Shown here one piece after another: positions 35,055-49,711 of a stretch of DNA of 60,000 bases. The stretch comes from Squalus acanthias (taxonomy: Eukaryota): positions 119,600,001 to 119,660,000 of the forward strand of contig CM059432.1 of NCBI GenBank assembly GCA_030390025.1, written 5' to 3'. Positions within the stretch are counted from its first letter, which is position 1; every line of letters starts with the position of its first letter. The translations under genes were made by a program, and so were the position numbers. The notes beneath the pieces were generated by a model, which was given only the letters and a program-made list of their open reading frames with translations, was not told where the DNA came from and did not search any database.

Positions 35055-37248
35055 GGGCCTAGAAATTCGCAGACTTACCATTGGCCGTTAAGACCCATTT
35101 TGGGGGAAAAATGGTGACTGCCTCATTTCCGCCTGCCTCCAGCACAGGACACGATGGCCGCCATTTTGGTAAGGGCCATAGCGCTGCCAATGGCCCTAGA
35201 AATGTAATCAGTCTGTAAACTTTGACATTTTCGCTGAGTTTACCGCCGGGTCCTAAGCACGCTCAGAAAAGCATGCATGCAGCAGCCCTGCAGAGACACT
35301 GTCAGCACTTCTTAAAGGGACACACACATCTTTCAGGTAAGTTCAGATTTAAGCTTTTGGACTTTTAAAAAATATTTTATTGAAGTAGTGGTTTGGTACA
35401 ACAGATGTTAAAAGTTGTTAAAGTGTGCAGGGAGTGCAGGGAGTGCTGCTAGACACTTGCAAGGCCTTGGATGGTAAGGGAAGGCCTCTGAGAAGATAGA
35501 AATGCTGGAAATACTCAGCAGGTCCGGCAGCATCCATGGAGAGAGAAACAGAGTTAATGTTTCAGGTTGAGCTGCTGAGTATTTCCAGTATTTTCTGCTT
35601 TTATTTCAGATTTACAGCATCCACTCGCAGAGAGAAGAGGAAGATGCAGAAGAGGAAGCAGCAGAAGAGGAAGAAGCAGAAGAGGAGGAAGTGGAAGGAA
35701 GGAGGCAACTGAGACAGCCCCTTTCTGGCCAGGATATCTGGGATGGAATTATCTGCCTGCGATACCAGTGACCACAACCCCAATTTCCCTTTCAACATTT
35801 GTCCCACACCTTACCTTCCCTCTGTTACTGACCATCACAGCATCCTATTGGCCACAATGCTGAAACAGAAACCACCACAAAGCAAACTTTCCAATCCAAC
35901 TTTATACATCGATCCATCCAATATGACATCAAGAAATCAACTAATCATCCCTTGTGCATTCCCTTAGAGAATGTCTTGTCTATGCCTTTGCCGATCCTAG
36001 TGATGTCATGCAGTTCTACCCCAGTGGCTGCAGCATGGCTAGTGGAAGGCTGTTGACTTTCAGTGGGGGACGTAGTTTGAAATCGAGTGATGGTGTTTCT
36101 ACTTCTTCTTCTTCTCTATTCCCCTTTCCCTCTTCTTGGTGAACCACTGTCTGGGCAGGCTGGATTTCTTGGATGTCTGAAATGAAGAAGGCACAATGGT
36201 AGAGTTGTGGTGAGGGGAGGGTGGAAAGCAAGAGCTGCATGCTTACACCATATGCACCTTATAAATCAGAAGATATTGTGGGATGAGGGGGAAGTGGGCT
36301 GTGAGAAGGAGGATAACATATGAGGATACCAGCATCTTGTATTCCTTCAGCCCCGCCACTGGCCAAGGGCTCAGCCATGCCCCTGCCAAGAATGGGCAGC
36401 ACCATCTCCTCCAAGGGGTTGAGGTGATGCTAGGAATGGGAAATGTGCCTTGTGTTTGGTACAGATTGTTTGTAGGTGAGTGATGGGGTGGGGAGAATCG
36501 TGCATTGAGAAGTGTGCGAGGCTAGTGGTGCAGTTGGTTGGAGACGGCTCTTGAAGATGCATTCACTGACCTTAACCGCTGGTCTGAGGTCATGAAGATT
36601 CTTTGGACACTGGAGCCAGGTGGTGGGGGCAACACTGCTGGCAGTGATGACCTCGGTGATCTGATCCCACATCATTCTTTCTGGAGGGCCTCCTGGCTCC
36701 TATGGGTAGAAGACCTGTCTTACGGTGTTGACTCCCTGCACAAAGCTGGAGTGCTGCGTGTGAGACCCTAGGTGCCCTCTGTCTAGCTTGTTGTGGCATT
36801 ATGTTAGTGCTGAAAAACTTTTATAATTTTTTTAGTTGTGGAAGGCAGTTCAGATTTAAGAACTGAAGACTGCCAGTTGGGACTTATTTTTAATGTTTAT
36901 TTTATTTCAGAAGGCAGTTGAGCTCTAAAGGCTGAAAACTGCCTATATTTAAATGATTTTTTTTCATTTTAGAAGGCAGTTCCCCTTTAAGGGACCGACA
37001 TTGCTTTCTAAAATGACAAGCTGGCTTTAAGACAATGCTGCTCTTGCTCCAGGGATGCTATGGTCACGCTACATTGGGCCTCCTGCAGAGGCTAACACTG
37101 GAAAACCAGTCTTGCACTCCAGGTTTTGCACTGCACTAATTTAAATTACCAAAATACCGGTGCTGCCTGCGCTATGATTTCGGGCAATCATTAACTTCGG
37201 ACCACGGTGGCACCGGCAGGTTTCCGGCCTACTGCAATTTCTAGGCCA
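35055..37248. mobile_element. Decayed non-autonomous Harbinger
   Basis: TIRs gggcctagaaatt / aatttctaggcc; transposase acidic tail (+) ~35620-35770, Myb relic (-) ~36560-36800. Confidence 0.75.
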
Positions 37249-37850
37249 CTATGCCTTCTACTTAAGACTAGTTGTTTGCAAGCCTGAAAATAAATACTTT
37301 GTATGAGCTCCCTACCTCCTAGGTGCTTAGTTTTATGACCTTTCATCAGAACTGGAAGCAGTTAGAGATTTAAAAGAGACACATGTAAGACCGATCAGTG
37401 AGAAGAGCAGAACATCTTCAAGGTGGGGATTCCTGGAAGAGAAGTAGCAGTAAATTAAACAAAATTAAAGAAAAGCAAAATACTGTGGGCTCTAGAAATC
37501 ATCATTAAAAACAGAAAATGCTGGAAACACTCTGCAGGTCAGATGGCATCTGTGAAGAGAGAAACAGCATTTTCTGATTTTATTTCAGATTTCCAGCATT
37601 CACAGTACTTAGCTTTTGACACAGTTTTATGTATGTTGTTGCAGCATTAATGCTTGAATAGAAATCCATCCAACTGTTTGAAGAACTTGATATAGATCAC
37701 CAGAACGAAAAAAAATCATGGAGTCATAGAATTTGCAGCCTTGAAGGAGGCTATTTTGTCCATCGCGCCTATACCAGCTTATTGCAAGAACTATTCGCTT
37801 AGTTCCATTCCCCTGCCCTTTTGTTATATCCTTTTAAAGATAAACTTTAA

Positions 37851-40800
37851 GGGGATTAAATTGAACGAGACACCAAAAATGGGTGATGGGGTCGCATTGT
37901 GCGATTAATCCGTGCCCGCTGACTGCGATGCAGGCAGCAAGTCAAGTTTAAAATGACTTCTGCATGCAGCCAGTGCTACCCGTGCTGATCGTTGACCGCA
38001 CACATCAGCAGGGGGCCCGATATCGCAAATGGCTAGTGCTACTTAAAGCTAGCCTGCATCTCTTAAAGGGGAGGTGCATTGTGGCTGCGAGAGGTGGTGA
38101 GAGTAATTTCAAAAGTTTGCTGTGGATGATGAGGAACAGGAAGAAGACAGTGAAGATGAACAGACACCATCACTCGATCTCACAGTCGCAGCCACCAGCT
38201 CAGATACTGATACTGTGTGTATTTTAGAGGATAGGATAGAGGAGGGATATGTACGTGGTGAGACACCAGGCATAAGTGTGCTGCAGCCAAAGTGGGGGGT
38301 GAGAGGTAGCGCAGCAGCCAGCTCGCTGGAGAGTGAGGTAACACACTAGTTCTGCTGCAGAGGACTCAGATGAGGACTTTGATGGGCCAGGCTACAGGAG
38401 AAGGCTGATGGATTGAATAACCAAATGCTTGAAGCACTGGAAAGCCTGCCAGAAAGTCTGCGCTCAATGTCAAGGAGCATGGAGGAGTCCAGCATCAATG
38501 TGGCACAGGGCTTTATGCAGAGCTTGGAGCCCATCCTTTCAACATGGAACGGGTGGTCACCTTCATCAGCACATCTGCTGAACCAACCATGATGCAGCGA
38601 CTGATGGCCGATATCTCTGCTTCCATTGCAGCACAAGCAGCTACCACCAAAAGTTTGAGTGCTGCAGTGGAAGCTCAAACTACTGTCATCATGGCTCTGC
38701 ATACAAGTGTTCAAAGGGGCTTCCAGGGCATCACAGCAGTCCAGCAATCTTCTTCAACAGATTACTTGGATTGCTGAGAGGCTGCCCCAGGGGAGTGGCA
38801 GTGTATCCATGGAGTACAAACCTGCTGTCCTCTCTCAAGGTGACAGCATTTGTGCTCCCAATCCTGCCACTCCACCAGTGCCCTTGCTGTTGCCTGTCGG
38901 CCAGCCAGCCCAGACTGCTGCTGCCCAGACCAAGATGGTGCAGTCTGAAGCCGGCCCTTCTAGACCCAGAGTTGCTTGAAGTCACCCTTCAAGGCCATCT
39001 GCAGTCTCCTCCACTAAAAGTCAGCAGCCCTCCACCAGCCATGCTGCAGTCACTGGGGAAGCACCTCGTAAAAGCACCAGGAGTAGCAAAACCACATGGA
39101 AGACAGGCATTAAGGGAAAGCACAAGGGTGATTAGTTTATTTTTGTGTGCACTATGTCATTATTTAATTTATAAATTTGGATTGGAATGTGTAGTTTGTG
39201 TTGGCTTTTATTTTTGCATTGTGGGAAAGAGGATAATGTGATGGCCAGTGATAGAGGAAAGGTAAGGAGTGTGGGACTGTTGGTGAATGGGGAATTGTAG
39301 TTGAGGTTACTGGTATCACTCATGAATTATTTGATCACGTAGAGCCTGGGCAGAAAGGGGCTGTCTACGTTGTCTTACTCTAACTGTTCCCCTACTTCCT
39401 CCTCCTCCACTTCATCCTCCTCCTCATGCTTCTGCTCCTCAGCTTCTCATCTGATAGGTGGTGGCAAGGGCTGCTCCCTCATAATGGCGAGGTTGTGCAG
39501 AATGCAGCATACTACCACAAATCTTGATACCTGCTCAGCTGAGTGCTGCAGGACTCCTCCAAAGTGGTCCAGGCAGCGGAAGTGTTGCTGACAAGGGAAA
39601 TCAGGGATAGCATAAGATACAAGGAGAGGGCATATAAATTGGCCAGAAAAAGCAGTAAACCTGAGGATTGGGAACAGTTTAGGATTCAGCAAAGGAGGAC
39701 AAAGGGATTAATTAAGAGGGGGAAAATAGAGTACGAGCGTAAGCTTGCAGGGAACATAAAAACTGACTGTAAAAGCTTTTATAAATATGTGAAGAGAAAA
39801 AGATTGGTGAAGTCAAGCGTAGGTCCCTTGCAGTCAGAATCAGTGGAATTTATAATAGGGAACAAAGAAATGGCAGACCAATTAAATACATACTTTGGCT
39901 CTGTCTTCACAAAGGAGAACACAAATAACCTCCCAGAGATGTCGGAGAACAGGGTCTAATGAGAGGGAGGAACTGAATGAAATCAGTATTTGTAGGGAAA
40001 TGGTGTGAGGAAAATTGACGACATTAAAGGCCGATAAATCCCCAGGGCCTGATAATCTACATCCTAGGGTACTTAAGGAAGTGGCCCTAGAAATAGTAGA
40101 TGCATTGCTGGTCATCTTCCAAAATTCTATAGATTCTGGAACAGTTCCCATGGATTGGAGGGTAGCTAATGTTACCCCACTGTTCAAAAAAGGTGGTGGA
40201 GAGAAAACGGGGAATTATAGACTGGTAAGCCTGACATCGGTAGTGGGGAAAATGCTAGAGTCCATTATAAAAGATGTAATACCAGAGCACTTGGAAAACA
40301 GTGACCGGATTGGACAAAGTCAACATGGATTTACAAAAGGTAAATCGTGCTTGACTAATCGACTGGAATTTTTTGAGGATGTAACTGATAGAATAGATAA
40401 GGGAGAACCAGTGGATGTGGTGTATTTGGACTTTCAGAAGGCTTTCAATAAGGTCCCGCATAAGAGATTAGCGTGTAAAGTTAAGGCACATGGGATTGGG
40501 GGCAAGGTACTGAATTGGATAGAGCACTGGTTGGCAGACAGGAAGCAAAGAGTTGGATAAATGGGTCTTTTTCCGAGTGGCAGGCAGTGACTAGGGGGTT
40601 TCGCAGGGATCGGTCCTAGGACCCCAGCTATTCAATATATATATTAAAGATCTAGACGAGGGAACTAGATGTAATATCTCCAAGTTTGCAGATGACACAA
40701 AGCTGGGTGGGCATGTGTGCTGTGAGGAGGATGCTGAGAAACTCCAGTATGATTTGGACAGGTTAGGTGATTGGGCAGATGCATGGCAGATGCAGTATAA

Positions 40801-42503
40801 TGTGGATAAATGCGAGGTTATCCACTTTGGTGGCAAAAACAGAAAGGCAGATTATTATCTGAACGGCAATAGATTGGGAGAAGGGGGAGTGCAACGAGAC
40901 CTGGGTGTCCTTGTGAACCAGTCGCTGAAGGTAAGCATGCAGGTACAGTAGGCGGTTAAGAAGGCAAATGGTATGTTGGCCTTCGTAGCGAGACGGTTTG
41001 AGTACAGGAGCAAGGATGTCTTGCTGCAGTTCTACAGGGCCTTGGTGAGACCACACCTTGAGTATTGTGTGCAGTTTTGGTCACCTTATCTGAGGAAGAA
41101 TGTTCTTGCCATGGAGGGTGTGCAGCGAAGATTCACCAAACTGATACCTGGGATGGCAGGTATGACATACGAGGAGAGATTGGGTCAATTGGGCTTATAC
41201 TCGCTGGAGTGTAGAAGAATGAGAGGAGATCTCATTGAAATTTATAAAATCCTAACAGGGCTAGATAGACTGGATGCAGGAAGGATGTTCCCGATGGCGG
41301 GTGAGTCTAGAACAAGAGGTCACAGTCTAAAGATAAGGGGTAAGCCATTTAGGACAGAGATGAGGAGGAATTTCTTCACCCAGAGAGTGGTGAACCTGTG
41401 GAATTCTCTACCACAGAAGGCAGTTGAGGCCAAGTCAGTAAATATATTCAAGAAGGAGTTAGATATATTTCTTAAGGCTAAAGGTATCAAGGGATATGGG
41501 GAGAAGGCAGGGACAGGGTACTGAGTTTGGATGATCAGCCATGATCTCATCGAATGGCGGTGCAGGCTCGAGGGGCCGAATGGCCTACTCCTGCTCCTAT
41601 CTTGTAGGTTTCTATGTTTCTATGTTGAGGATACCGATGGTGCTCTATAATGTTCCTTGTGGCAGCATGGCTCCCATTGTAGGCCTGCTGTGCACGTGTG
41701 CATGGAATCTGGACCGGAGTCATGAACCATGTCATGAGTGGATAACCCTTGTCACCCAGTAACCAGCCTTTGACTTGCCATGGTGATTCAAATACAGCTG
41801 GCATGGAAGACTGCTGCAGAATGAAGGAATCGTGACTATTGCTGGGATATCGGGCATTGAGCTGCATTTTGCGCTGCCTGTGGTCACACACCAGCTGCGC
41901 ATTGAGAAAGTCGAATCTTTTCGGTTCAGGAAAATGACAGAGTTGACATGAGGCACATGGAGGGCAATGTGCATGTACTCAATGTCACCCTGCACCATGT
42001 GGAATCTGCAATTCGAGCAATCTCTCGTGCTCGCTCCGCCTGCTTGTCTCTGGCAAGAGGCAATGAGATGAGGCTGTCTCTCTATATATAGAGAGTCTCT
42101 GTGATCTCCCTTAGGCAGCAGTGTACTGCAATCTGCGAGATGTTGGTAATATCTCCAGCAGCCTGGAAGGAGCCAGGTGCATAAAAGTTCACAGCCATGG
42201 TCACCTTGACAGCCTCTGGCAATGCCATCCTTGCCCTGCTTTGAGGTTGGTGTTGTGGCTGCAGCAGTTGGCAGATTTCAGTCACAACCTCTTTAGTGAA
42301 GCGCAGACGTCTCAAGCTTTGGTGGTCGCTGAGGTTCAGGTAAGAGAATTGCTCCCCGAACACCTGTGGATAAGGTCTCCTGCTGAGAGCCCTTCTCCCT
42401 TCCTCCTCCTCCCTCTTCTAGCAGTTTATCCTGCTCTGCGTGGCCTCTCTTCATCCTCTTAGTCATGCTCAATTCCCAGAGGAAGGTCTACCAGGCCGCC
42501 CAT
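37851..42503. mobile_element. Decayed Harbinger: Myb relic (+) 38120-39131, transposase (-) 39310-42503 interrupted by CR1
   Basis: IGILK|QHFRCLDH restored across the CR1; WLLGDKGYP; LRRLRFTKEVVTEICQLL; ATG at 42503. Confidence 0.8.
39589..41624 (+). mobile_element. CR1 LINE, 5'-truncated, same subfamily as 6733-8220
   Basis: KSPGPDNLHPRVLKE, DFQKAF, KFADD, tail ttctatgtttctatg; stops and frameshifts. Confidence 0.93.
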
Positions 42504-42514
42504 GTCTGCAATCA

Positions 42515-45500
42515 AGACAAACAGCGTGAATGCGCATGTGGCTTTGCTAGGATAGCGGGCTTCCCCATTGTTTAGGGTGCCATTGACTGCACCCACGTGG
42601 CATTGCGGGCACATCATGAAAATGCAGAAGTTTTCCGCAACCGCAAAGGCTACCACGCTCTGAACGTGCAGTTGGTGTGCGACCACAGACAACGCATCCT
42701 CGCCGTCAATGCCCGTTATCCTGGCAGCAGCCACGATGCCTTCATCCTGCGCCAGACTGGTGTCCCAGACCTCTTCCAGCCACTGCTTCAAGCTCGCAGC
42801 TGGCTCCTCAGGAACAAGGGTTATCCACTCGCCACCTGGCTGATGATACCGCTCTGTAACCCCAACACTCCTGCTGAGCTCGCATACAATGAGAGCCACT
42901 GCGCCACCTGGAACCTCATTGAGCAGACGATCGGCATCTTGAAGCAATGGTTCCAGTGTCTTGACCACTCTGGAGGAGCCCTGCAGTACTCCCCTGATCG
43001 AGTATCGGTTTTCATAGTTGTGTGCTGCATACTTCACAACCTCGCCATTCTGAGGACCCTGCCATTGCCACCAGGGATTGGTGGACCACCTCAGATGGAG
43101 GAAGAGGGAGAGGAGGAGGAGGAGGTGGAGGAGGAGGATGAAGAGGAGGAGGAGCAGCAACAACGTGGGAGGGAGGCGCTCAATGTTGCTTCTGCAAGGG
43201 CCATTCGTGAATGCCTCCTAACACATTGCTTCTGATGAATGGCACAGAAGAAGGCATTTGGGATCAACAACCATATCATTACAGCCATCCCGCAGCCCCT
43301 ATGACCGGCCAAAGTTCCAATGAGAAACATTAGGAAATTTGTAACGTTTAAATAAAAATGTTTATTCTTCTGAACAATTGTGTCTTATTAAGCACAACCA
43401 ATAACAAACAAACACAGAAATGTATTAACAAACACAACTGGTTCTTAGCATATCAAAATAATTCTTAACAAAGTGAACAATATATTTACAAACACATCCA
43501 TCTTTGGTACAAACACTCCCTCCATTTGGTCGAAAATTTTTAGTTAGTCGGCCTCTTCAATGATCTCCCTCCCTTTCGCACTTCCCCCCCTCCCAACCCT
43601 ACTGCTCCTCTGTAATGTGGCCCCAGAGGCTGCAGCAAGGCTGGTGGAAGGCTGCTGAATCTGGGAGCCAGGGTTTGCAGATGGCCTTGCAGGACACTCT
43701 GGACCAGCTCTGGGCCTCGAGGGCAAGGCTGCAGACTGCACCAACTCTGCATGGGCGGCAGCAGTCTGGGCTGGCTGGGTTACAGGCTGTGGCAAGTGCA
43801 ATGGTGGAGTGGCAGTGGTGGAAGCAGGAATACTGTCATCCTGAGAGAGGACAGCACCTTCCTGCTCAACCGACACACTGCCACTCCCCTGGGGCAGAAC
43901 CACAGCATCTGGAGCAACCTGCGCGAGCACAGATTGCTGGCCTGCTGCGGCACCGTCAGATCCCCGGTGGACAGTGGTTGCCCCAGCTACGATGGCAGCA
44001 GTCAGCGCTTTTGTGGCATCAATCTGAGGCTGCATCAGAGCAGTCTGAGATTGGATGGCACCAACCAATGACTCGATTCCAGCACTAAGCCATTGCGTTG
44101 CCTTGGTCTGTGCTGCAATAGATGTTGCCACCTCACCCATTACACGCGGCATGGGGTCTGGGTCCCCACGGTCTCTCTGCAAGTCAACCATCCTCTGCAA
44201 CAAGGCAAGGATGGGATTGAGGGTTTGCGCACAGATAACAGCTGTGCTGGGGACAGACTCCTCCACGCTCCTAGCCAGTGTGTCCATGCTCTCGAGCAAC
44301 CTTGCCATTTCACCCATGAGCTCAGTGTGCATGCTCATCACCTGTGTGTTCATCGCCGCGATATCAAGGTCCTCATCCAAGTGCCGTGCAGCAGAACTCG
44401 TGCACGCACTCACCCTCCGGGGAGATGGCCCCCCGAGCTTCCCTTTCCCCATGGCATTGCTGCAGCCCACTGGGTCCCGGAGCTTCACCCACATCAGAGC
44501 CAATTCCTCTGCTCCCCTCCAGTGACCGCGTGGCCCAAGTATCCGATGTGTCGCCCTCGGGAGACGCAGGCAGTGAGGCTCCGGCTTGGTGTTCCTGATC
44601 CTCTCCCTCGTTGCTTCCACTGGGAGGCTGAGGGACAGTCTGTTCAAATGGTGGCTCACTATCTGAAAGCAGGAAGGCAGAAGAGTGGATTTAATGTGAG
44701 TGGAGGGGGGCAGGAAGGGAGCAAGGAATGGGGACAGTATAGTCAGATGGAAAGTGGGAAGGGCTCGTGTTGTGAGGGGGAAGTGGTATGAGAGAAGAGG
44801 GAGAGGTGATGAACATACCATTGGTGTCCCCAAGGGGGTCAACCTCTCCGACTGCCACAGCGCCCATGACATGGCTCGCGATTATTCTATGCACTCGCTC
44901 TTCCAGCTGTGTGAGGGGGTGCAGCTCCGCCTGACCTCCTCCCGTGCATTGTTGCTCCCTCCTGTTATGAGAAAGCTTGGCCTGCAAGAAAAAGGACAGC
45001 GTGTGAGTGAGTATGCAGCCATTTGTTTGGCAGATATGCCTACTGTAGTTGAATAGCCATTAATGTCTGCAAGGTGTGAGATGTGGATGTGACTTTTAGT
45101 AGATGGGCATAGTTGTTGGGTGAGTGTTGGGGATTTGGCAGTTTATACCATCTGTGCACAGAGTGAGGTTGAGATGGTGGGATGTAGAGGTATTTCAAGA
45201 ATCTACCCACCCTGACCACCCGAGTGAGGTCGTTGAACTTCTTGCAGCACCGGGTGTGAGTCCTTCTGGAGGGGACATAATGGGCCACCTCCCTCCACAT
45301 CCTTGTGAACTCTCGGGACAATGGCCTCCTGCCAGTGTCTGAGAACAATACTGCCATCAGTGTTCCACTGCAACAACCAGAGCCGCCAGTGCCTGGTCAC
45401 TAAACCGGCACTCTCTCTCTCTTTCTGGGCCTCTGAGCAGCCATGATATTCGTGGTTCAAGATTTGCACCTCCTTGCAGGCCCAGGTCAAAAGTAGCAAT

Positions 45501-45789
45501 GATCAGGGTGAGGCTGTGCAGCATGATTGAACCTCCCCTTTAAGAACTGGAAGGCGCCAGTCTGTCTGAGTACTAGGTAATTGACAGCGCCTGAGCTTGA
45601 GTAGTGCTCTGAGGTAGCGCCCCGTTCCCTGTTGTTAGCGCCATAAGAGAAGTGTGGAGTGCAATCACCTCCAGGGGCACTGGAGATGAATTTCACAGTC
45701 GCCAGCTAGAATTTGTACCGGGCACTAAATTTTGCGGCCAGCTGGCCAATGTTAGCACCCCAAAATGGTCGATATCGAATTTTTCCCCC
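42515..45789. mobile_element. Harbinger missing its transposase-side end: transposase 3' half (+) 42515-43235, 3-exon Myb pseudogene (-) 43544-45444
   Basis: GAIDCTHVALRA..NRKGYHALNVQ..; Myb exons homologous to 2326-4149; terminal cgaattttttccccc. Confidence 0.85.
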
Positions 45790-45790
45790 A

Positions 45791-47350
45791 GATCTGTGTT
45801 TCCTGTACGCGACACCTAAATCTCTCTGAACACCAACATTTAATAGTTTCTCACCATTTAAAAAATATTCAGTTTTTCTATTCTTCCTACGCAATTGAAT
45901 AACCTCACATTTCCCCACATTATACTCCATCTGCTATCTTATAGCCCACTCACTTAACCTGTTTATATCCCTCTGCAGACTCTTTGGGCTGGATTTTCTC
46001 AATGGAGACATGCTGGAGGCGGGACTTTTGGTTTCCGGGTTTCAGTCCCGCCCCCAGTGACGTCTGACTAGCCCACGCTATTTTCCCTTGATTGGCCTTG
46101 TTAAGCTCGCCTCCTCAGGGCTGGGCAAATTCCCCCCTAAGTGTCCTCCTGACAGCTTACTTTCCCACCTAGATTTATATCATCAGTAAACTTGGATATA
46201 TTGCACTCTGTCCCTTCATCTAAGTCATTAATATAGATTGTAAATAGCTGAGGCCCAAGCACTGATCCTTGCGGTACCCCACTAGTTACAGCCTGCCAAC
46301 CTGAAAATGACCCGTTTATCTCTACTCTCTTTTTTCTGCCCGTTAACCAATTCTCTATCCATGCTAATATGTTACCCCCAACCCCATGAGGCCTTATCTT
46401 GTGCAACAACTTTTTATGTGACACCTTATCAAATCCAAATATACTACATCCACTGGTTCCCCTTTATGTACCCTGCTGGTTACATCCTCAAAAAACTCAA
46501 ATAAATTTGTCAATCACGTTTTCCCTTTCATAAAGCCATGTTGACTCTGCCTAATCATATTATGATTTTCTAAGTGCCCTGTTACCACTTCCTTAATAAT
46601 GGATGCCAGCATTTTTCTGACAACTGATGTCAGGCTAACTAGCCTATAGTTCCCTGTTTTTCTCTCCCTCCTTTCTTGAATAGCGGTGTTACATTTGCAA
46701 CCTTCTAATCTGCTGGGACCGATATAGAATCTAGGGAAGATCAGAACCAATGCATCCACTATCGCTGCAGCCACCTCTTTTAGAACCCTAGGATGTAGGC
46801 CACCAGGTCCAGGGGATTTGTCGACTTTTAGTCCCATTATTTTCTCAAGTACTTTTTCTCTACTGATATTAATTACTTTAAGTTCCTCACTCTTATTAGC
46901 CCCTTGGTTACCCATTATTTTTGGTATTCTTTTTGTGTCTTCTACTGTGAAGACAAATAATAAATATTTGTTTAAATATCTCTGCCATTTCCTTATTCCA
47001 TATTATAATTTCTCCAGTCTCAGCCTCTAAGGGACCAATGTTTACTTTTACTACTCTCTTCCTTTTTACATACTTGTAGAAGCTCTTACAATCTGTTTTT
47101 ATATGTCTTGCTAGTTTACTCTCATATTCTATTTTCTCCCTTTTAATCAATTTTTTGGTCATCCTTTGCTGGTTTCTAAAGCTCTCCCAATCCTCAGGCT
47201 TACTACTATTCTTTGCAACATTATAAGCCTCTTCTTTTAATCTAATACTATCCTTAACTTCTTTAGTTAGCTATGAATGGATCACTTATCCCGTGGAGGT
47301 TTTATTTTTCAATGGAATGTATATTCGTTGAAAATTTTGGAATATTTCTT
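45791..47350 (-). mobile_element. CR1 ORF2 fragment with ~150-bp MITE-like insert (45986-46137)
   Basis: [28 protein letters not shown]; insert bounded by gggctggatttt / aaattcccccc. Confidence 0.85.
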
Positions 47351-49711
47351 TAAATGTTTTCTACATTGCAACAGTGACTACACTTTAAAAAGTAATTAAT
47401 TGGCTGTAAAATGCTTTGGGACATCCTGAGGTCATGAAAGACATGATAGAAATGTAAGTCTATCTTTTTACATGTCAGGGTTAAATATTTGCTGATCCCT
47501 GAATCTTTTCTTCCACCACCCTCTTGCAAATACATCTATTAAACTGACACTGTTCACGAGTGCTTCGGTAAGAGGTTAATGACATGCTTAGTTAAGAGAT
47601 TAAAATCTGACAAAGAAGCCAGCTACTTTTGTACTTGTAAGCAACGCTGACAACAGCACCAGGGTGAAGTAGGAGCGACCACAGATAATGAAAGAAAAGA
47701 ACACCGCTGTGAAATGGTTGTCTTATCTGCTATGTCTGTCAGTTTTAGCAGCCAGAAGAAGAAAAACTTATTGCAGTACAACAATTGAGTTAATGTATGG
47801 AGAGTTATTGAATCTATCAATTAGACCAACTATATCCAAAGGGAGTGGAAAACCTAGACTAAACTAACAGATCAAAACCTTTCTGTCACTTTGATTTACT
47901 GAACTATACTTTATTAAGAACTGTAAATCTGCCTGAAACATTTGCATTGTGCCAACATACTTCAATATTACCTTGTGTCCTGGCCAATATTTATCCCTCA
48001 ACCAACATTACTATACAAAAATCAGTTTATCTGATCATTATCATTATCTCATTGCTGTTTGTGGCAGCTTGCTGTGCACAAATTGGCCGCCACTTTTCCT
48101 AAATTGTAACAGTAACACTTCAACAGTAATTAATTGGCTATAAAGTGTCTTGGGACGTCCGGAGGTTGTGCAAGTCTTTCAAGTCTTTCTTTCAGTCTGG
48201 AGCAGGGGAGGTGAGGGATATATTTGTAATTTTCGCTCCAGGGATGTGGGCACCACTGGCAAGTCCAGCATTTATTGCCCATTCCTAATTGCCCTTGAGA
48301 AGGTGGTAGTTAGCTGCCTTCTTGAACCGCTGCAGTCCATGTGGTGAAGGTACTCCCACAATGCTGTTAGGGAGGGAGTTCCAGGGTTTTGACCCAGTGA
48401 CGATGAAGGAAGGGTGATATATTTCCAAGTCAGGATGGCGTGTGACTTGGAGGGGAACTTGGAGGTGGTGGTGGTGTCCCCATGCGCCTGCTGCCCTTGT
48501 CCTTCTAGGTGGTAGAGGTCGCGGGTTTGGGAGAAGCCTTGGCGAGTTGCTGCAGTGCATCTTGTAGATGGTACACACAGCAGTCACGGTGAGCCGGTGC
48601 TCGAGGTGTGAATGTTTAACGCAGTGGATGGGGTGTCAATCAAGTGGGCTATTTGTCCTGGATGGTGTCGAGCTACTTGAGTGTTGTTGGAGCAGCACTC
48701 ATCCAAGCAAGTGGAGAGTATTCCATCACACTCCTGACTTATGCCTTGTAGATAGTGGAAAGGCTTTGGGAAGTCAGGAGGTGAGACATTCACCACAGAA
48801 TACCCAGCCTCTGACCTGCTCTTATAGCCACAGTATTTATGTGGCTGATCCAGTTACGTTTCTGGTCAATGGTGACCCCCAGGATGTTGATGGTGGGGGA
48901 GTCAATGATGGTAATGCTGGTGAATATCAAGGGGCGATGGTTAGAATCTCGCTTGTTGGAGATAGTCATCGTCTGGCACTTGTGTGGTGCAAATGTTACC
49001 TGCCACTTATCAGCCCAAGCCTGAATGTCATCCAGTTGCAAATGGAACTGAACACTGTGCAATCATCAGTGAACAGCCCCATTTCTGACCTTTTAATGGA
49101 GGGAAGGTCATTGATGAAGCAGCTGAAGATGTTTGACCAAGACACTGCCCTGAGGAACTCCTGCAGCGATGTTCTGGGGCTGAGACGATTGACCTCCAAT
49201 AGCCACAATCATCTTCCTTTGTGCTAGGTATGACTCCAGCCAGTGGAGAGTCTTCCCCCTGATTTCCATTGACTTCAGTTTATACTAGGGCTGCTTGATG
49301 CCTCACTCGGTCAAATGCTGCCTTGATGTCAAGGGCAGTCACTATCACCTCACCTCTGCAATTCAGCTCTTTGGCCCATGTATGGACCATGGCTGTAATG
49401 AGGTCTAGAGCCGAGTGGTCCTGGCGGTATCAAAACTGAGCATCAGTTAGCAGGTTATTAGTGAGTAAGTGCTGCTTAATAGCACTGTCGATGACACCTT
49501 CCATCACTTTGCTGATGATTCAGAGTAGGCTGATAGGGTGGTAATTGGCCAGATTGGATTTGTCCTGCTTTTTGTGGACAGGACATAGCAAGGCAGTTTT
49601 CCAAATTGTAGATGCCAGTGTTGTAGCTGTAATGGAACAGCTTAGCTAGAAACATGGCTAGTTCTGGAGCACAAGTCTTCAGCACGACAGCTGGGATGTT
49701 GTCGGGGCCCT

